In this document: positions 29,148 through 40,021 of the stretch, in pieces
How positions within the stretch are numbered: the stretch's first letter is position 1
Layout of the letters: every line of letters begins with the position of its first letter
Assembly: GCA_963792585.1 (NCBI GenBank)
Contig: CAWBWI010000003.1
Location: 800,001 to 864,000 of the forward strand
Direction: 5' to 3'
DNA length: 64,000 nucleotides
Origin: Candidatus Eiseniibacteriota bacterium
GTDB taxonomy: Bacteria; Eisenbacteria; RBG-16-71-46; CAIMUX01; VGJL01
Position numbers and translations under genes: made by a program
Notes under the pieces: generated by a model
What the model was told of the DNA's origin: nothing
Database searches by the model: none
The model's input: only the letters and a program-made list of their open reading frames with translations

Positions 29148-32100
29148 ATGAAAGACCATGGGTCGTTGCGGACCGGATGCCTCTGTTTGGGTCTCTGTTT
29201 GATCTTCGTGGTGCTCTGTCCGGCAGTTGGAATTGCCGGCTCGCCGACGCTTCGGCTCGCGCACCGCGCAAGCGGGCCGCCGGCGGTGCTGCTCGGGGAT
29301 AGGGACGGATGGTGGGACAAGCCCCCGGATCTCAACGGAGAGCCAATGAGTTCAGAAATCATTTCCGCCTTTGGGCTCGAGACCGAAATCGCAAACGACT
29401 TCTACTCTTCGGCGCCGACGACTATCTACGAAGTCGTGTGGTGGGGCGAGTACGTTCAAGAAGAAGGCGAACCAAACGTCTCTGCGTTCAACTTGCGGTT
29501 CTACGATGACGCTGGTGGCGTACCGGGTTCCCTCATGACGGAGTATCTCGAATCCACCCCGGCTGAGACGATCCCGCTGGGTCAAACCCTGTACGGACCG
29601 ATCTACGAGTACCACGGATATGTATCGGTCGATGTCGGAGTCGGGTCATACTGGTTCTCTGTCCAGGCGAGCGACCATGTGTACCCGCCGCAATGGGGTC
29701 GCCTCGCAGCGGGGCAGGTAACCGGCTATCAATCTACGTTTCGTTCCGATTACTTCGGGTTCCCGGACTGGACTCGTAGTGGGGAGATCTTTGGAATCCC
29801 CCTAGATGCGAGTCAGCGGTTCATCACAACTCCACCTGCCCCCGGAGCGTGCTGCTTCGCAGATCTGCATTGCGAGACCCTCATGCCGGGGGATTGCCGT
29901 CGACTTGGGGGGTTATACCAGGGACCCGGGAGCACCTGTGAGCCGAATCCTTGCCCGTCCATTCCGATGGCATGCTGCTTCCCTGATGGGCACTGCGAGC
30001 AGGTGCCCCAGGCTGCTTGTGAGGAAGGAGGGGGATCATCGGGCATCGGCGCGAGCTGTGACCCAAACCCCTGTTCGCAGCCCTCGATGGCGTGCTGCTT
30101 CCCGGACGGGCACTGTGAGTTCGTCACGGAGTACGTTTGCCTCTCTGAAGGTGGAACTCCACTCGGGTACCCGAACACTTGCGACGAAGTATCCTGCATG
30201 CAGCAAGGCGCGTGCTGCAGCATGGGGAATTGCGTGGTGGTGGCCGAGGACCAGTGCGTCTCGCCAGGCGTCTGGCTGGGCGTAGGAACGAACTGCCTTC
30301 CGAGTCCATGCTCTCGAACACCCAGCCCGATCGTCGCATGGGGAAGCAACATCCACGGTGAGTGTAACGTGCCCGCGCCAAACGAGAACTTCGTGGCGAT
30401 CGCTGGGGCGGGAAGCAACAGCCTGGGCCTCAAGGCCGATGGCTCCATCGTTGCCTGGGGGCGCAACGACTACGGCCAGTGCGACGTCCCCGAGCCGAAT
30501 GCCGACTTCGTAGCGATCGCTGGCCTCAGCACTGGCCTGAAGTCCGACGGGACAATCGTGGTGTGGGCGGGCGACTGGGATGTGCCTTTGCCAAACGCCG
30601 ACTTCGTGGCGATCGCGGCGGGTGGCGTGCACCGCTTGGGCCTCAAGACCGGCGGGTCCATCGTGGCATGGGGGCAGAACGACTTCGGCGTGCTCAACGT
30701 CCCCACTCCTAACGCCGGCTTCGTGGCGATCGCGGCGGGGCTTATTCACTGTCTGGGCCTGAGGGCCAACGGGACGATCGTGGCATGGGGATACAACGGC
30801 TATGGCCAGTGTGACGTCCCGGCACCGAATGCCGGTTTCGTGGCGATCGCGGCAGGTTGGTATCACAACCTCGGTCTGAAGGCTGATGGATCCGTTGTGG
30901 CATGGGGAAACAACGACGAGGGCGAGTGCAATGTCCCTGAGCCCAACAGCGGTTTTGTCGCGGTCGCTGCGGGCATCTTCCACAGCATGGGCCTCAAGAC
31001 CGACGGCTCCATCGTGGCCTGGGGGGCCAACGACCAAGGTCAATGCGACATCCCCGCGCCGAATGCCGGCTTCGTGGCGGTCGCGGGGTGCGACTCTCAC
31101 AGTCTGGGATTGGGCCCGCAGGTCGGTGCCTGCTGTCAGTCGGATGGAACCTGCACGGTGACGACGGAAGCGAACTGCCTGCCCCCAGGGGGATGGCAGG
31201 GTGTTGGTTCCGTTTGCGTTCCCAATCCATGCTTCCAGCCGCCCGGCGCGTGCTGTAACCCCACGAGCGGAGCCTGCACAGTCACAACGCAACCTGAGTG
31301 TGTCGCTCCCAACGTCTGGCACGGGGAGTGGACGACCTGTGCGCCGAATCCGTGTCCACAGCCTGGCGCCTGCTGCAATCCAGCAACGGGAAACTGCATG
31401 CTGGTCACCGAGGACCTGTGCACGTCCCCCAGAGTCTGGATGGGTGTGGGAACGGTGTGCCTTCCGAATCCATGTCCCCAGCCACCCGGCGGCGCGATCG
31501 TGGCATGGGGGAAGAACTGGTCTGGCCAGTGCAACGTCCCCGCGCCGGACGCCGACTTCGTGGCGGTTGCGGGGGGCGGCGAGCACAGTCTGGGTCTGAA
31601 GTCCGATGGGTCCATCGTGGCCTGGGGATCCAATGGAGCCGGCCAGTGCAACGTCCCCGCGCCGAACGCCGGTTTCGTGGCGGTTGCGGCAGGCAGTCAG
31701 CACAGCCTGGGCCTGAAAGCCAACGGTTCCATCGTGGCATGGGGGAATCACGCCAACGGCCAGTGCAACGTCCCCGCGCCAAACGCAGACTTCGTCGCAG
31801 TCGCGGCACGAGAAGCCCACAGCTTGGGCCTGAAGTCCGACGGCTCCGATCGTGGCCTGGGGGTATGACCAGGGCAACGTCCCCGCGCCGAACACCGGCT
31901 TCGTGGCGGTTGCGGCGGGGACTCACCACAGCCTGGGTCTCAAGGCCGATGGGGTGATCGTGGCATGGGGGTGGAACTACAGCGGCGAGTGCAACGTCCC
32001 CGCGCCGAACGCCGACTTCGTGGCGGTTGCGGGGGGCTCGAGCCACAGCTTGGGCGTGAAGGCCGACGGGACGATCGTTGCCTGGGGGCGGAACAACGAG

Positions 32101-34764
32101 GGTCAGTGCAACGTCCCCGCGCCGAACACCGGCTTCGTGGCGGTTGCGGCAGGCGAGATGTACAGCCTGGGCTTGAAGGCCGACGGGACGATCGTGGCCT
32201 GGGGGCTCAACGACTTCGGCCAGTGCAACATCCCCACCCCGAACGCCGGTTTCATTGCGATCGCGGCGGGCTACGATCACGGTCTGGGGTTGGGCCCGCA
32301 GGCGCCAGTCGGAGCCTGCTGCAATCCGTTCACGGGCGACTGCACGGTGACGATCGAGGGCAACTGCAGCTACGATTGGCACGGGGAGTCGACGACTTGT
32401 GCACCGAATCCGTGTCCACAGCCGCAAGGCGCGTGCTGTGATCCCGCGACCGGAGCGTGCGCAGTCACAACGCCACTCGAGTGTGTCGCTCCGAACGTCT
32501 GGCACGGAGAGTGGACGACCTGCACTCCCAATCCCTGTCCGCTGCTAGGCGCCTGCTGCATTTCAGAAACGGGGAACTGCCTGCAAGTGACCGAGGAGCA
32601 GTGCACGTCCCCCCGTGTCTGGTTGGGCCCGGGAACGGACTGCTTTCCGAATCCATGCACTCAGCCACCCAGCGGCTCGATCGTGGGGTGGGGACACAAC
32701 AACAGCGGCCAGTGCAACGTGCCCGCCCCCAATGCCGACTTCGTGGCGATCTCAGGTGGTGGCGGCCACAGCTTGGGTCTCAAATCCAACGGATCCATCG
32801 TGGCCTGGGGGCTCAACGACTTCGGCCAGTGCAACGTTCCGGCGCCAAATACTGGCTTCGTGGCGATATCAACGGGTGTATCTCACAGCCTGGGTCTCAA
32901 GACGGATGGGGCCATCGTCGCATGGGGGGCCAACTACTCTGATCAGTGCAGCGTTCCCGCACCGAACGCCGACTTCGTGGCGGTTGCAGGGGGGAATGGT
33001 CACAGTCTCGGCCTGAAGGCCAACGGTTCCGTTGTGGCCTGGGGGCAGAACAACTACGGCCAGTGCAACGTCCCCACGCCGAACGTCAGCTTCGTGGCGA
33101 TTGCGGGAGGACTCTTTCACAGCCTGGGCCTGAGGTCCGACGGAACGATAGTGGGCTGGGGCGAATGCAATGTGCCCGCGCCGAACACCGACTTCGTGGC
33201 GATCGCGGCAGGGAATTACTACAGCCTGGGTCTGAAGTCCAATGGGACAATCGTGGCTTGGGGGAGCAACACCGAAGGCCAGTGCAACGTCCCTGCACCC
33301 AATACCGACTTCGTGGCCATTGCGGCAGGCGGGTTCCACGGTCTGGGGATGAAGTCCGACAGGACGATTGCGGCGTGGGGGGCGAACCACGGTGGCGACA
33401 ATGGCCATGGGCAATGTGATGTCCCCGCGCCGAACGCCGGCTTTGTGGCGATCGCGGCGGGGTGGTGGTACAGCCTGGGTCTCGGCCCGCAGCTTGGTGC
33501 CTGCTGTCTATCGGATGGAACCTGCACGGTGACGACGGAAGCCAACTGCCAGCCTCCAGCGCAATGGCAGGGTGGTGGTTCCGTTTGCGTTCCCAATCCC
33601 TGCCCGCTGCCCATCGGCGCCTGCTGCAATCCGACCACAGGGGGCTGTTCGGTGACGCAGCAGGCGAACTGCAGCTACAACTGGCACGGGGAGTGGACGA
33701 CTTGCGAGCCGAATCCGTGTCCTCAGCCTCAGGGCGCATGCTGTAGCCCCGCGACCGGAACCTGCACAATCACAACGCCGCCGGAGTGCGTCGCTCCAAA
33801 CGTCTGGCATGGAGAGTGGACGACGTGTGAGCCGAACCCGTGTCCGCAGCCTATCGGCGCGTGCTGTAACCCGACAACCGGAGCCTGCGCAATCACGACG
33901 TCCCTTGAGTGTGTCGCTCCGAACGTCTGGCACGGGGAGTGGACGACCTGTACGCCGAATCCGTGCCCGCAGCCTCAAGGCGCATGCTGTAACCCCGCGA
34001 CCGGAGCGTGCACAGTTAGGACGCCACCTGAGTGTGTCGCTCCAAACGTTTGGCACGGGGAGTGGACGACGTGCGAGCCGAATCCGTGCCCTCAGCCTCA
34101 AGGCGCGTGCTGTAACCCCACGACCGGAGCGTGCACCGTCACAACGCCACCTGAGTGTGTCGCTCCCAACGTCTGGCACGGCGAGTGGACGAGCTGCGAA
34201 CCGAATCCTTGTCCACAACCTCAAGGCGCGTGCTGCAACCCGACAACCGGGGCCTGCGCAATCACGACGTCCCTTGAGTGCATCGCTCCAAACGTCTGGC
34301 ATGGGGAGTGGACGACCTGTGAGCCGAACCCGTGCCCCCGTCCGGGAGCTTGCTGCCACGCCGACGGCACATGCACGCTCACATTCCAGGAAGACTGCCA
34401 GCCTCCGGACAACTATCAAGGAGAAGGAACGCTCTGCCTGGGCAATCAGTGTCCGCCTTCCGCTATCGAGGGGACATCCCAGATTGCGGAGTCGCTGGTT
34501 CTCACTCTGGCCCCTAACCCAAGCTCCCGAGACGTCTCGATCCTGTTCGGCTTGCCTGCGGCAACGGCGATCACCCTGGAGGTCTTCAACGCGGCCGGAG
34601 CACTCGTGCGGCAGCTCGTGGAGGGCCAGCTGCCGGCCGGTTCCTTCTCGACCCAATGGGACGGACGGGATGACAGCGGCCGGGGGGTGCCGACAGGGAT
34701 CTATTTCGCCCGGATTGTGACGGCACACGGAACCAGGACGGGACGGGTGATTCTGGCAAGATAA
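29148..34764 (+). CDS. Giant secreted protein B, paralog of A: three 7-bladed RCC1/BLIP-II-like propellers, GACC repeats, FlgD-Ig tail; frameshift ~31848
   Basis: ORFs 29043-31868 and 31852-34764 join at DGS/IVAWG (one extra base); same signal peptide and N-domain as A; 3' ~1.2 kb nearly identical to A. Confidence 0.85.
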
Positions 34765-34809
34765 GGCCATTTGTCCTCCCACCCTGAATCGAGCCTCTGT
34801 CTGATCGGT

Positions 34810-34835
34810 CCCAGCGCCCCGATTGGGGCGCTGGG
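34810..34835 (+). terminator. GC-rich hairpin downstream of gene B
   Basis: CCCAGCGCCCC-GATT-GGGGCGCTGGG, perfect 11-bp stem; no U-tract. Confidence 0.4.
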
Positions 34836-35062
34836 CGCCGGGTGCACGGAGGCGCCGGCGCGGAGATCCACGTGGGGCCGCATCCGATTCGGCTTTCGAT
34901 GATCGGGGGGGGAGGCGCAACGATGGTGTGGACCGGTTGGATTAACAGAAGGCGGGGTTCGCGGAACCCCAACCACCTGTAGGGGTTCTCTGCAGCCACA
35001 GGAGACGCGATTGCCTGTGTCTTCCAGTCGAATTGAAATTCCCACGTCCACGGAGGTATTCG

Positions 35063-35362
35063 ATGCGCATGATGATGAAAGTCTCGATCCCTGTCGAGGC
35101 AGGCAATAAGGGGGTCAAGGAAGGCCTTCTTCCCAAGACCGTCATGGGATTCGTGGAACGGATGAAGCCGGAAGCTTGCTACTTTGGTCCCGAGGACGGC
35201 AGGCGAACGGCACGCTTCTACTTCGATCTCCAGGATCCGACATTGATTCCGTCAATTGCGGAATCGTTCTTCATGAACCTCAACGCGTCCATCGAGATGT
35301 CCCCCGTGATGAACCTCGACGAGATGAAGGCGGGGGTCGAAAAGGCGATGAAGCTCGCCTGA
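35063..35362 (+). CDS. Small conserved hypothetical protein (DUF3303/GYD-like)
   Basis: GGAGG RBS; MRMMMKVSIPVEAGN...KPEACYF...GRRT...PVMNLDE resembles a widespread ~100-aa family. Confidence 0.7.
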   Translation: MRMMMKVSIPVEAGNKGVKEGLLPKTVMGFVERMKPEACYFGPEDGRRTARFYFDLQDPTLIPSIAESFFMNLNASIEMSPVMNLDEMKAGVEKAMKLA

Positions 35363-35373
35363 GGGGTAGACTC

Positions 35374-35625
35374 TCAGCACCCGACGGATTGTCGTGATGG
35401 GAACTCCGCTGTGAGATAGCCGAGGTCCTTCGTCCACCTGAGAACCTCTTCTGTCTCGCTCAGGCGGATCTTCTTGTGGATGTACTCATCGAGGACGCGC
35501 TGTGATCCCGCCTCGATCCCCAGGTCGATGGAGTAGCACCCCGCGCGGCGCATCGTCTCGAGTGGCGGTGGATCGACCGTCCCCACGCAGATCTCGCACT
35601 CCCAAGAGGGTTGGATCCCGCTCAT
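35374..35625 (-). pseudogene. Fragment of a radical SAM protein
   Basis: LETMRRAGCYSIDLGIEAGSQRVLD..HKKI matches the GxESG core of B12-binding radical SAM enzymes; no CxxxCxxC motif and no N- or C-terminal domains. Confidence 0.62.
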
Positions 35626-35808
35626 TCGAGGGATCCGCGCAAAGGCTCCTACCTATACCCCTACTGTGACAGGAGGTGTATCATTGCAGGCGACGCAAAC
35701 CCTACGCCCCCGGGTTGCCGCTGCGCCCGCCAGGGAGTCGGTTGGCGTCAACCGAGGTACGGGCCCGTACCCATGCGGCGAACGCGCTGAATTCGAAAGG
35801 GGGTCGAC

Positions 35809-38217
35809 ATGAAATCGATGCGACGGTTCGCGGTCGTTCTCACCCTGCTCGCGGCCACCCAGTTCCTGCATTCCAGTTCCTCACAGGCGACTTCCCTGAA
35901 CGGACAGTGGATGGACGGGTTCGGATATCCGATACCCGGACTCAATGGATACGGTCGCTGCGCGATCGAATACGACGGCGCGTTGATCTGCGCGGGTCAC
36001 TTCGACCTCGCAGGAGACACGGTGGCCCAGCAGGTCGCTGCGTGGGACGGCGCGCAGTGGCATTCCATGAATGCAGGCACCATCTGGTGCTCGGTGACCG
36101 CATTCGCGATCTACCGGGGCGAACTGGTCGCCGCGGGGGAGTTCGGGTTCATCGAAGGAGGGCCGACGGCCGGGCTGGCGCGCTGGGATGGGGTCCGGTG
36201 GCAGCCGTTCAGCTCCTCTCCCACCCACGGCGCGAGCACCCTCTGCGCGTCCAGGGACTCCCTGGTCGTCGGAGGCCGCTTCGCCTCGATGGGAGGTGTC
36301 TCCGCTCTCAACGTCGCTCTGTGGGACGGTTCTTCCTGGAGTTCGCTGGGGGGTGGCCTGGACCCGTATCCCAATACGCTGGCGGTGTACAACGGCGCCA
36401 TCGTCGCCGGAGGCTGGTTCTCTGTGCGGCGCTGGAACGGCTCGGCCTGGACGGATGTCGCGCCCGGTATCAGCGGCGATGTCTGGTTCCTCGGCGTCCA
36501 TGGGGGTCGGCTCATCGCAGGGGGAAGCTTCTGGCGGGTCGGGATCCTCATCACGAACGGCATCGCAGCGTGGGACGGGACGGTATGGAGCTCGCTGGGG
36601 TCGGGATTCAATGGCTCTACGAGCGGCATGGTGACGCACGGGAGTGACCTCATCGTCGCGGGGATCTACGAGACCGCCGGAGGCGTGCCGGCAATGAACA
36701 TCGCACGTTGGGACGGCGCCCACTGGTACGCGTTGGGAGACGGATGCGACGGCGGGCTGAACGGCGTGGCGACGTTCAATGGCGACATCTTTGCCGTCGG
36801 AGATATCCAGTCGGCCGGCGGCACGCCCGTGGGTGGCATCGCCCGGTGGGATGGAGTCGAGTGGTCCGGCGTCGGCGTCGGTGGGAAGGGGATGGACCTC
36901 GACGTCAGGGCCCTTGCCGCCTACAACGGTGCGCTCATTGCCGGTGGGTCGTTCTCGAACGCGGGGGGGATGAGCCCGGCAAACCGGATCGCGCGCTGGG
37001 ACGGAACCGAATGGCGATCCCTGGGTGGCGGCATCCAGGGCAGTATGGGAGTCGTCCTCGGCATGACCGTCTTCGATGGACTCCTGTACGTGGTAGGACA
37101 CTTCGGTCAGGTGGGAAACGTGGCCGCCTCGAACATCGCCGCCTGGAACGGATCGGAGTGGTTCCCCGTTGCCGGCGGCACGGACGGAGCGATCTCTGCG
37201 ATTGCGGTCTACAACGCGCATCTCGTCATCGGCGGGTCCTTCGAGCACGCGGGCGGGAGCGCCGCCCGCTGCATCGCGATTCTGAACCCGGGTGGTTGGA
37301 GCCCGATGGGTGCGGGTATGTACGAGGGCGGCTATGAGGGGAACAACATCGCGTCCGTGGCGGCGCTCACCGTGCACGGCGGCGACCTGGTGGCCGGAGG
37401 GACCTTCGAGCAGGCCGGCGACGTGGACGCGATGAACATCGCGCGATGGAACGGAAACGCGTGGAGCGCGATCGGCCAGGGAATCGGCCAGTCGGATCCT
37501 TACGAGGGAGGCGAGGTATCCGCTCTGGCGTCCACCGGCGGGATCCTCTATGCGGGCGGGACGTTCACGAGCGCCGGGGGTGGCGCCGCAGCGAACTTCG
37601 CCTCCTGGGACGGCGCCGCGTGGAGCGAAGTCGGTGGCGGCATCGATGGCTACCTGCGCTGCCTTCTCCCGATGGACGGTGGAATCGTCGTCGGCGGGCG
37701 ATTCGATACCGCCGGGGAGACCCCCACACGCGACATCGCGTTCTGGGACGGACACGCATGGAGCACCTTCGCGTCCGGGCTCACGAGCCTCGCCCCGGGG
37801 CGATTCCATGCGACCTATGCATTGACTCAAGTCGGCGGCGACCTGTTTGCCGGCGGTCTGTTCACCTGCGCGGATCCGACCGCCTCGAGCAACATCGCTT
37901 CATGGCGGAGCATTCCCTCCGACGCCGGAGAAGACGTTTCCGGGGTCGCATCGCGCATCGGCCTTCCAAACCCCTACCGACCCGGCGCCTCGATCCGCCT
38001 GATGCCGCGTGGCGTCTGGAGCGTCGACGAGCTCCAGCTGGAGATCCTCGACGTGCAGGGACGGCGCGTGCGCGACCTCACGGTGGACGGCGCGAGCGGA
38101 ACGACCCGCTGGGATGGCCGGGCGGAGAACGGGCGGGACGTCCCGGAGGGGACGTACTTCGTCCGCGTGCGGCAGGGGCGCTCGTGGAGTGTGAGGAAGA
38201 TCATCCTGGATCGGTGA
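35809..38217 (+). CDS. Secreted beta-propeller repeat protein (IARWDGxxW repeats) with FlgD-Ig tail
   Basis: Signal peptide; about 13 repeats of LxxGGxF..AG....NIAxWDG..W..LGxG; tail PNP...LDVQGRRVR...WDGRAENG...GTYFVR. Confidence 0.83.
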   Translation: MKSMRRFAVVLTLLAATQFLHSSSSQATSLNGQWMDGFGYPIPGLNGYGRCAIEYDGALICAGHFDLAGDTVAQQVAAWDGAQWHSMNAGTIWCSVTAFAIYRGELVAAGEFGFIEGGPTAGLARWDGVRWQPFSSSPTHGASTLCASRDSLVVGGRFASMGGVSALNVALWDGSSWSSLGGGLDPYPNTLAVYNGAIVAGGWFSVRRWNGSAWTDVAPGISGDVWFLGVHGGRLIAGGSFWRVGILITNGIAAWDGTVWSSLGSGFNGSTSGMVTHGSDLIVAGIYETAGGVPAMNIARWDGAHWYALGDGCDGGLNGVATFNGDIFAVGDIQSAGGTPVGGIARWDGVEWSGVGVGGKGMDLDVRALAAYNGALIAGGSFSNAGGMSPANRIARWDGTEWRSLGGGIQGSMGVVLGMTVFDGLLYVVGHFGQVGNVAASNIAAWNGSEWFPVAGGTDGAISAIAVYNAHLVIGGSFEHAGGSAARCIAILNPGGWSPMGAGMYEGGYEGNNIASVAALTVHGGDLVAGGTFEQAGDVDAMNIARWNGNAWSAIGQGIGQSDPYEGGEVSALASTGGILYAGGTFTSAGGGAAANFASWDGAAWSEVGGGIDGYLRCLLPMDGGIVVGGRFDTAGETPTRDIAFWDGHAWSTFASGLTSLAPGRFHATYALTQVGGDLFAGGLFTCADPTASSNIASWRSIPSDAGEDVSGVASRIGLPNPYRPGASIRLMPRGVWSVDELQLEILDVQGRRVRDLTVDGASGTTRWDGRAENGRDVPEGTYFVRVRQGRSWSVRKIILDR

Positions 38218-38290
38218 CATAGAACGACCCGGGACCAAGCCGTGCGGTTCGTGGGGCAATCTTCTCTCTGCGATGAGAGAGGATCGCCCC
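38218..38290 (+). repeat. Stop-codon-anchored element, copy 3 (hairpin 38253-38290)
   Basis: TGA-N6-ACGACCCGGGACCAAG; hairpin GGGGCAATCTTCTCTC-TGCGAT-GAGAGAGGATCGCCCC starts 35 nt after the stop. Confidence 0.72.
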
Positions 38291-38420
38291 GTCTGCGTTG
38301 CCTGATTCGCAGCCGCCGCGAACTCCTGCGCCGCTTGCACCCCGCTTCCTCGCGGACAGAGGTATGCCCATCGAGTTGGGAAGCCTATGATGAGTGCGCC
38401 ACGGATCTCGGAGGATCGCG

Positions 38421-39980
38421 ATGAACTCGTTGCGCATCGTCGTCAAGGCTCTCATGACCATCGGCATGGCCGCGTGCGCCGTGGCGGTCGTAGCCGCCCC
38501 GGCGACAGCCGACTACACCACCCCCGGAACCGGAGTCGACTGGACGATGGACGACCTGGTGGTCAACTCCGGCGGGGCGGTCACCGGAGGTGACGGCGCG
38601 TACGGGGTGCACCAGACCGTGATCATCGCGGCGAACGATCGGCTGACGATCGCAGCCGGGGCGCACCTCACCTTCCTCGATACCGCCGGGACGATGGGAT
38701 TGACGGTCCGCGGCGCGCTCTCGGCGATCGGCACCGAGCAGGAGTCGATCGTGTTCGACTCTGCGATCGCCACCCCGGGCGCGTGGCGCGGTCTCCTCTA
38801 TAGCGACACGCAGGCCGGATCCGAGTTCCACCTGGCTGGGTGTGAGATCGCGCACGCGAACACGGCAATCGACATCGTTGGCGCTGACGTGTTGGTGGAG
38901 CGCTGTGATCTCCACGATACACTCGACAAGGTCGTCGACTTCTCGGCCGCGAGCGGCGTGGTGCGCGACTGCCGGATTCACGACAACCGCCGTCGCACGA
39001 TCGTCATGACGCTTTCCTCCTCGCCGCTGATCGAGAACTGCTGGATCGAGAACAACAACATCGACAACACTTCGCCGTACCCCTACATCAACATCGGGCT
39101 GCAGGGGGTGAACTCCCCGACGATCCGCGGCTGCACGATTCTCGGGAGCGGCCACCAGATGAGCGGCGGGATCGCGATCTGGAACGCCGGAAACGGCCTG
39201 ATCGAGGGGAATCGCATCGAGGGGTGTGGCTACGGGATCCTCTGCTACCAGACGGCGGCGAACCCCATGATCCGCAACAACACGCTCCTGGCGAACAACA
39301 TCCACCCCGACACGGTGAACTGGGGGTTCGGCATCGCCTGCAATGGGAACAACGCGCCGGTCGTGGTGGGAAACACGATTCGCGGGCACTGGTACGGAGT
39401 TGCAGCGATCAACGGAGGACGGCCGAATCTCGGCAACCTCGGCAACGCCTCGCCGGATGACGACGGTGGAAACCACATCACCGGGAACGGCCTGAACGGT
39501 CAGATCTACGGCCTCTACAACAACACGACGTTTTCGCAGTCGGCGCAGGGCAACTGGTGGGGCGGAGCCGCGGCCCAGGAGGTGGAGGACGCGATCTGGC
39601 ACCAGGTTGACGATCCCGCGCTCGGTCTCGTGGATTATTCGCAGTGGTTGATGGTCGATGCCGTTGACGAGTGGCGGGACGAGACGCCTGCCGGCGGTCG
39701 CCGCGTCCTCTCGTCGATCCGCGTGCATCCGAACCCCACAAGCGCGCGGAGCACGATCGCGTTCCGACTCCTACGGACGAGCACGGTGCGGGGGATCGTG
39801 ATGGATTTGACCGGGCGCGTCGTGCGCGAGATCCCTCTCGGCGCGCGATCCGTCGGGGCGCACCTGCTGGAGTGGGATGGCGTCGACGGAGCGGGGCGGG
39901 CGCTGCCGAGCGGAGTGTACTTCTGCCGGATCACGGCGGGGGAGGAGTCGATCACGGCGAGGTTCGTGTTGCTGCGCTGA
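38421..39980 (+). CDS. Secreted right-handed parallel beta-helix protein with FlgD-Ig tail
   Basis: GGAGG RBS; signal peptide; Asn/Ile-rich PbH1-type repeats (IEGNRIEG, IRNNTLLAN); AQGNWWG; tail HPNP...WDGVDGAG...SGVYFCR. Confidence 0.83.
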   Translation: MNSLRIVVKALMTIGMAACAVAVVAAPATADYTTPGTGVDWTMDDLVVNSGGAVTGGDGAYGVHQTVIIAANDRLTIAAGAHLTFLDTAGTMGLTVRGALSAIGTEQESIVFDSAIATPGAWRGLLYSDTQAGSEFHLAGCEIAHANTAIDIVGADVLVERCDLHDTLDKVVDFSAASGVVRDCRIHDNRRRTIVMTLSSSPLIENCWIENNNIDNTSPYPYINIGLQGVNSPTIRGCTILGSGHQMSGGIAIWNAGNGLIEGNRIEGCGYGILCYQTAANPMIRNNTLLANNIHPDTVNWGFGIACNGNNAPVVVGNTIRGHWYGVAAINGGRPNLGNLGNASPDDDGGNHITGNGLNGQIYGLYNNTTFSQSAQGNWWGGAAAQEVEDAIWHQVDDPALGLVDYSQWLMVDAVDEWRDETPAGGRRVLSSIRVHPNPTSARSTIAFRLLRTSTVRGIVMDLTGRVVREIPLGARSVGAHLLEWDGVDGAGRALPSGVYFCRITAGEESITARFVLLR

Positions 39981-40021
39981 TACGCAGGGATCGTCGAGCC
40001 CGCAGGAGCCGGCGCGCCGTT

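Noticed and set aside
23850..33490. Diversity-generating retroelement acting on the propeller repeats
   Set aside because: No reverse transcriptase or non-coding template repeat in the window; differences are not confined to adenine positions and include indels.
35680..35800. c-di-GMP-I riboswitch upstream of the 35809 gene (GACGCAAAC)
   Set aside because: Only a short motif matches; the GNRA-capped stem and P1 pairing could not be built.
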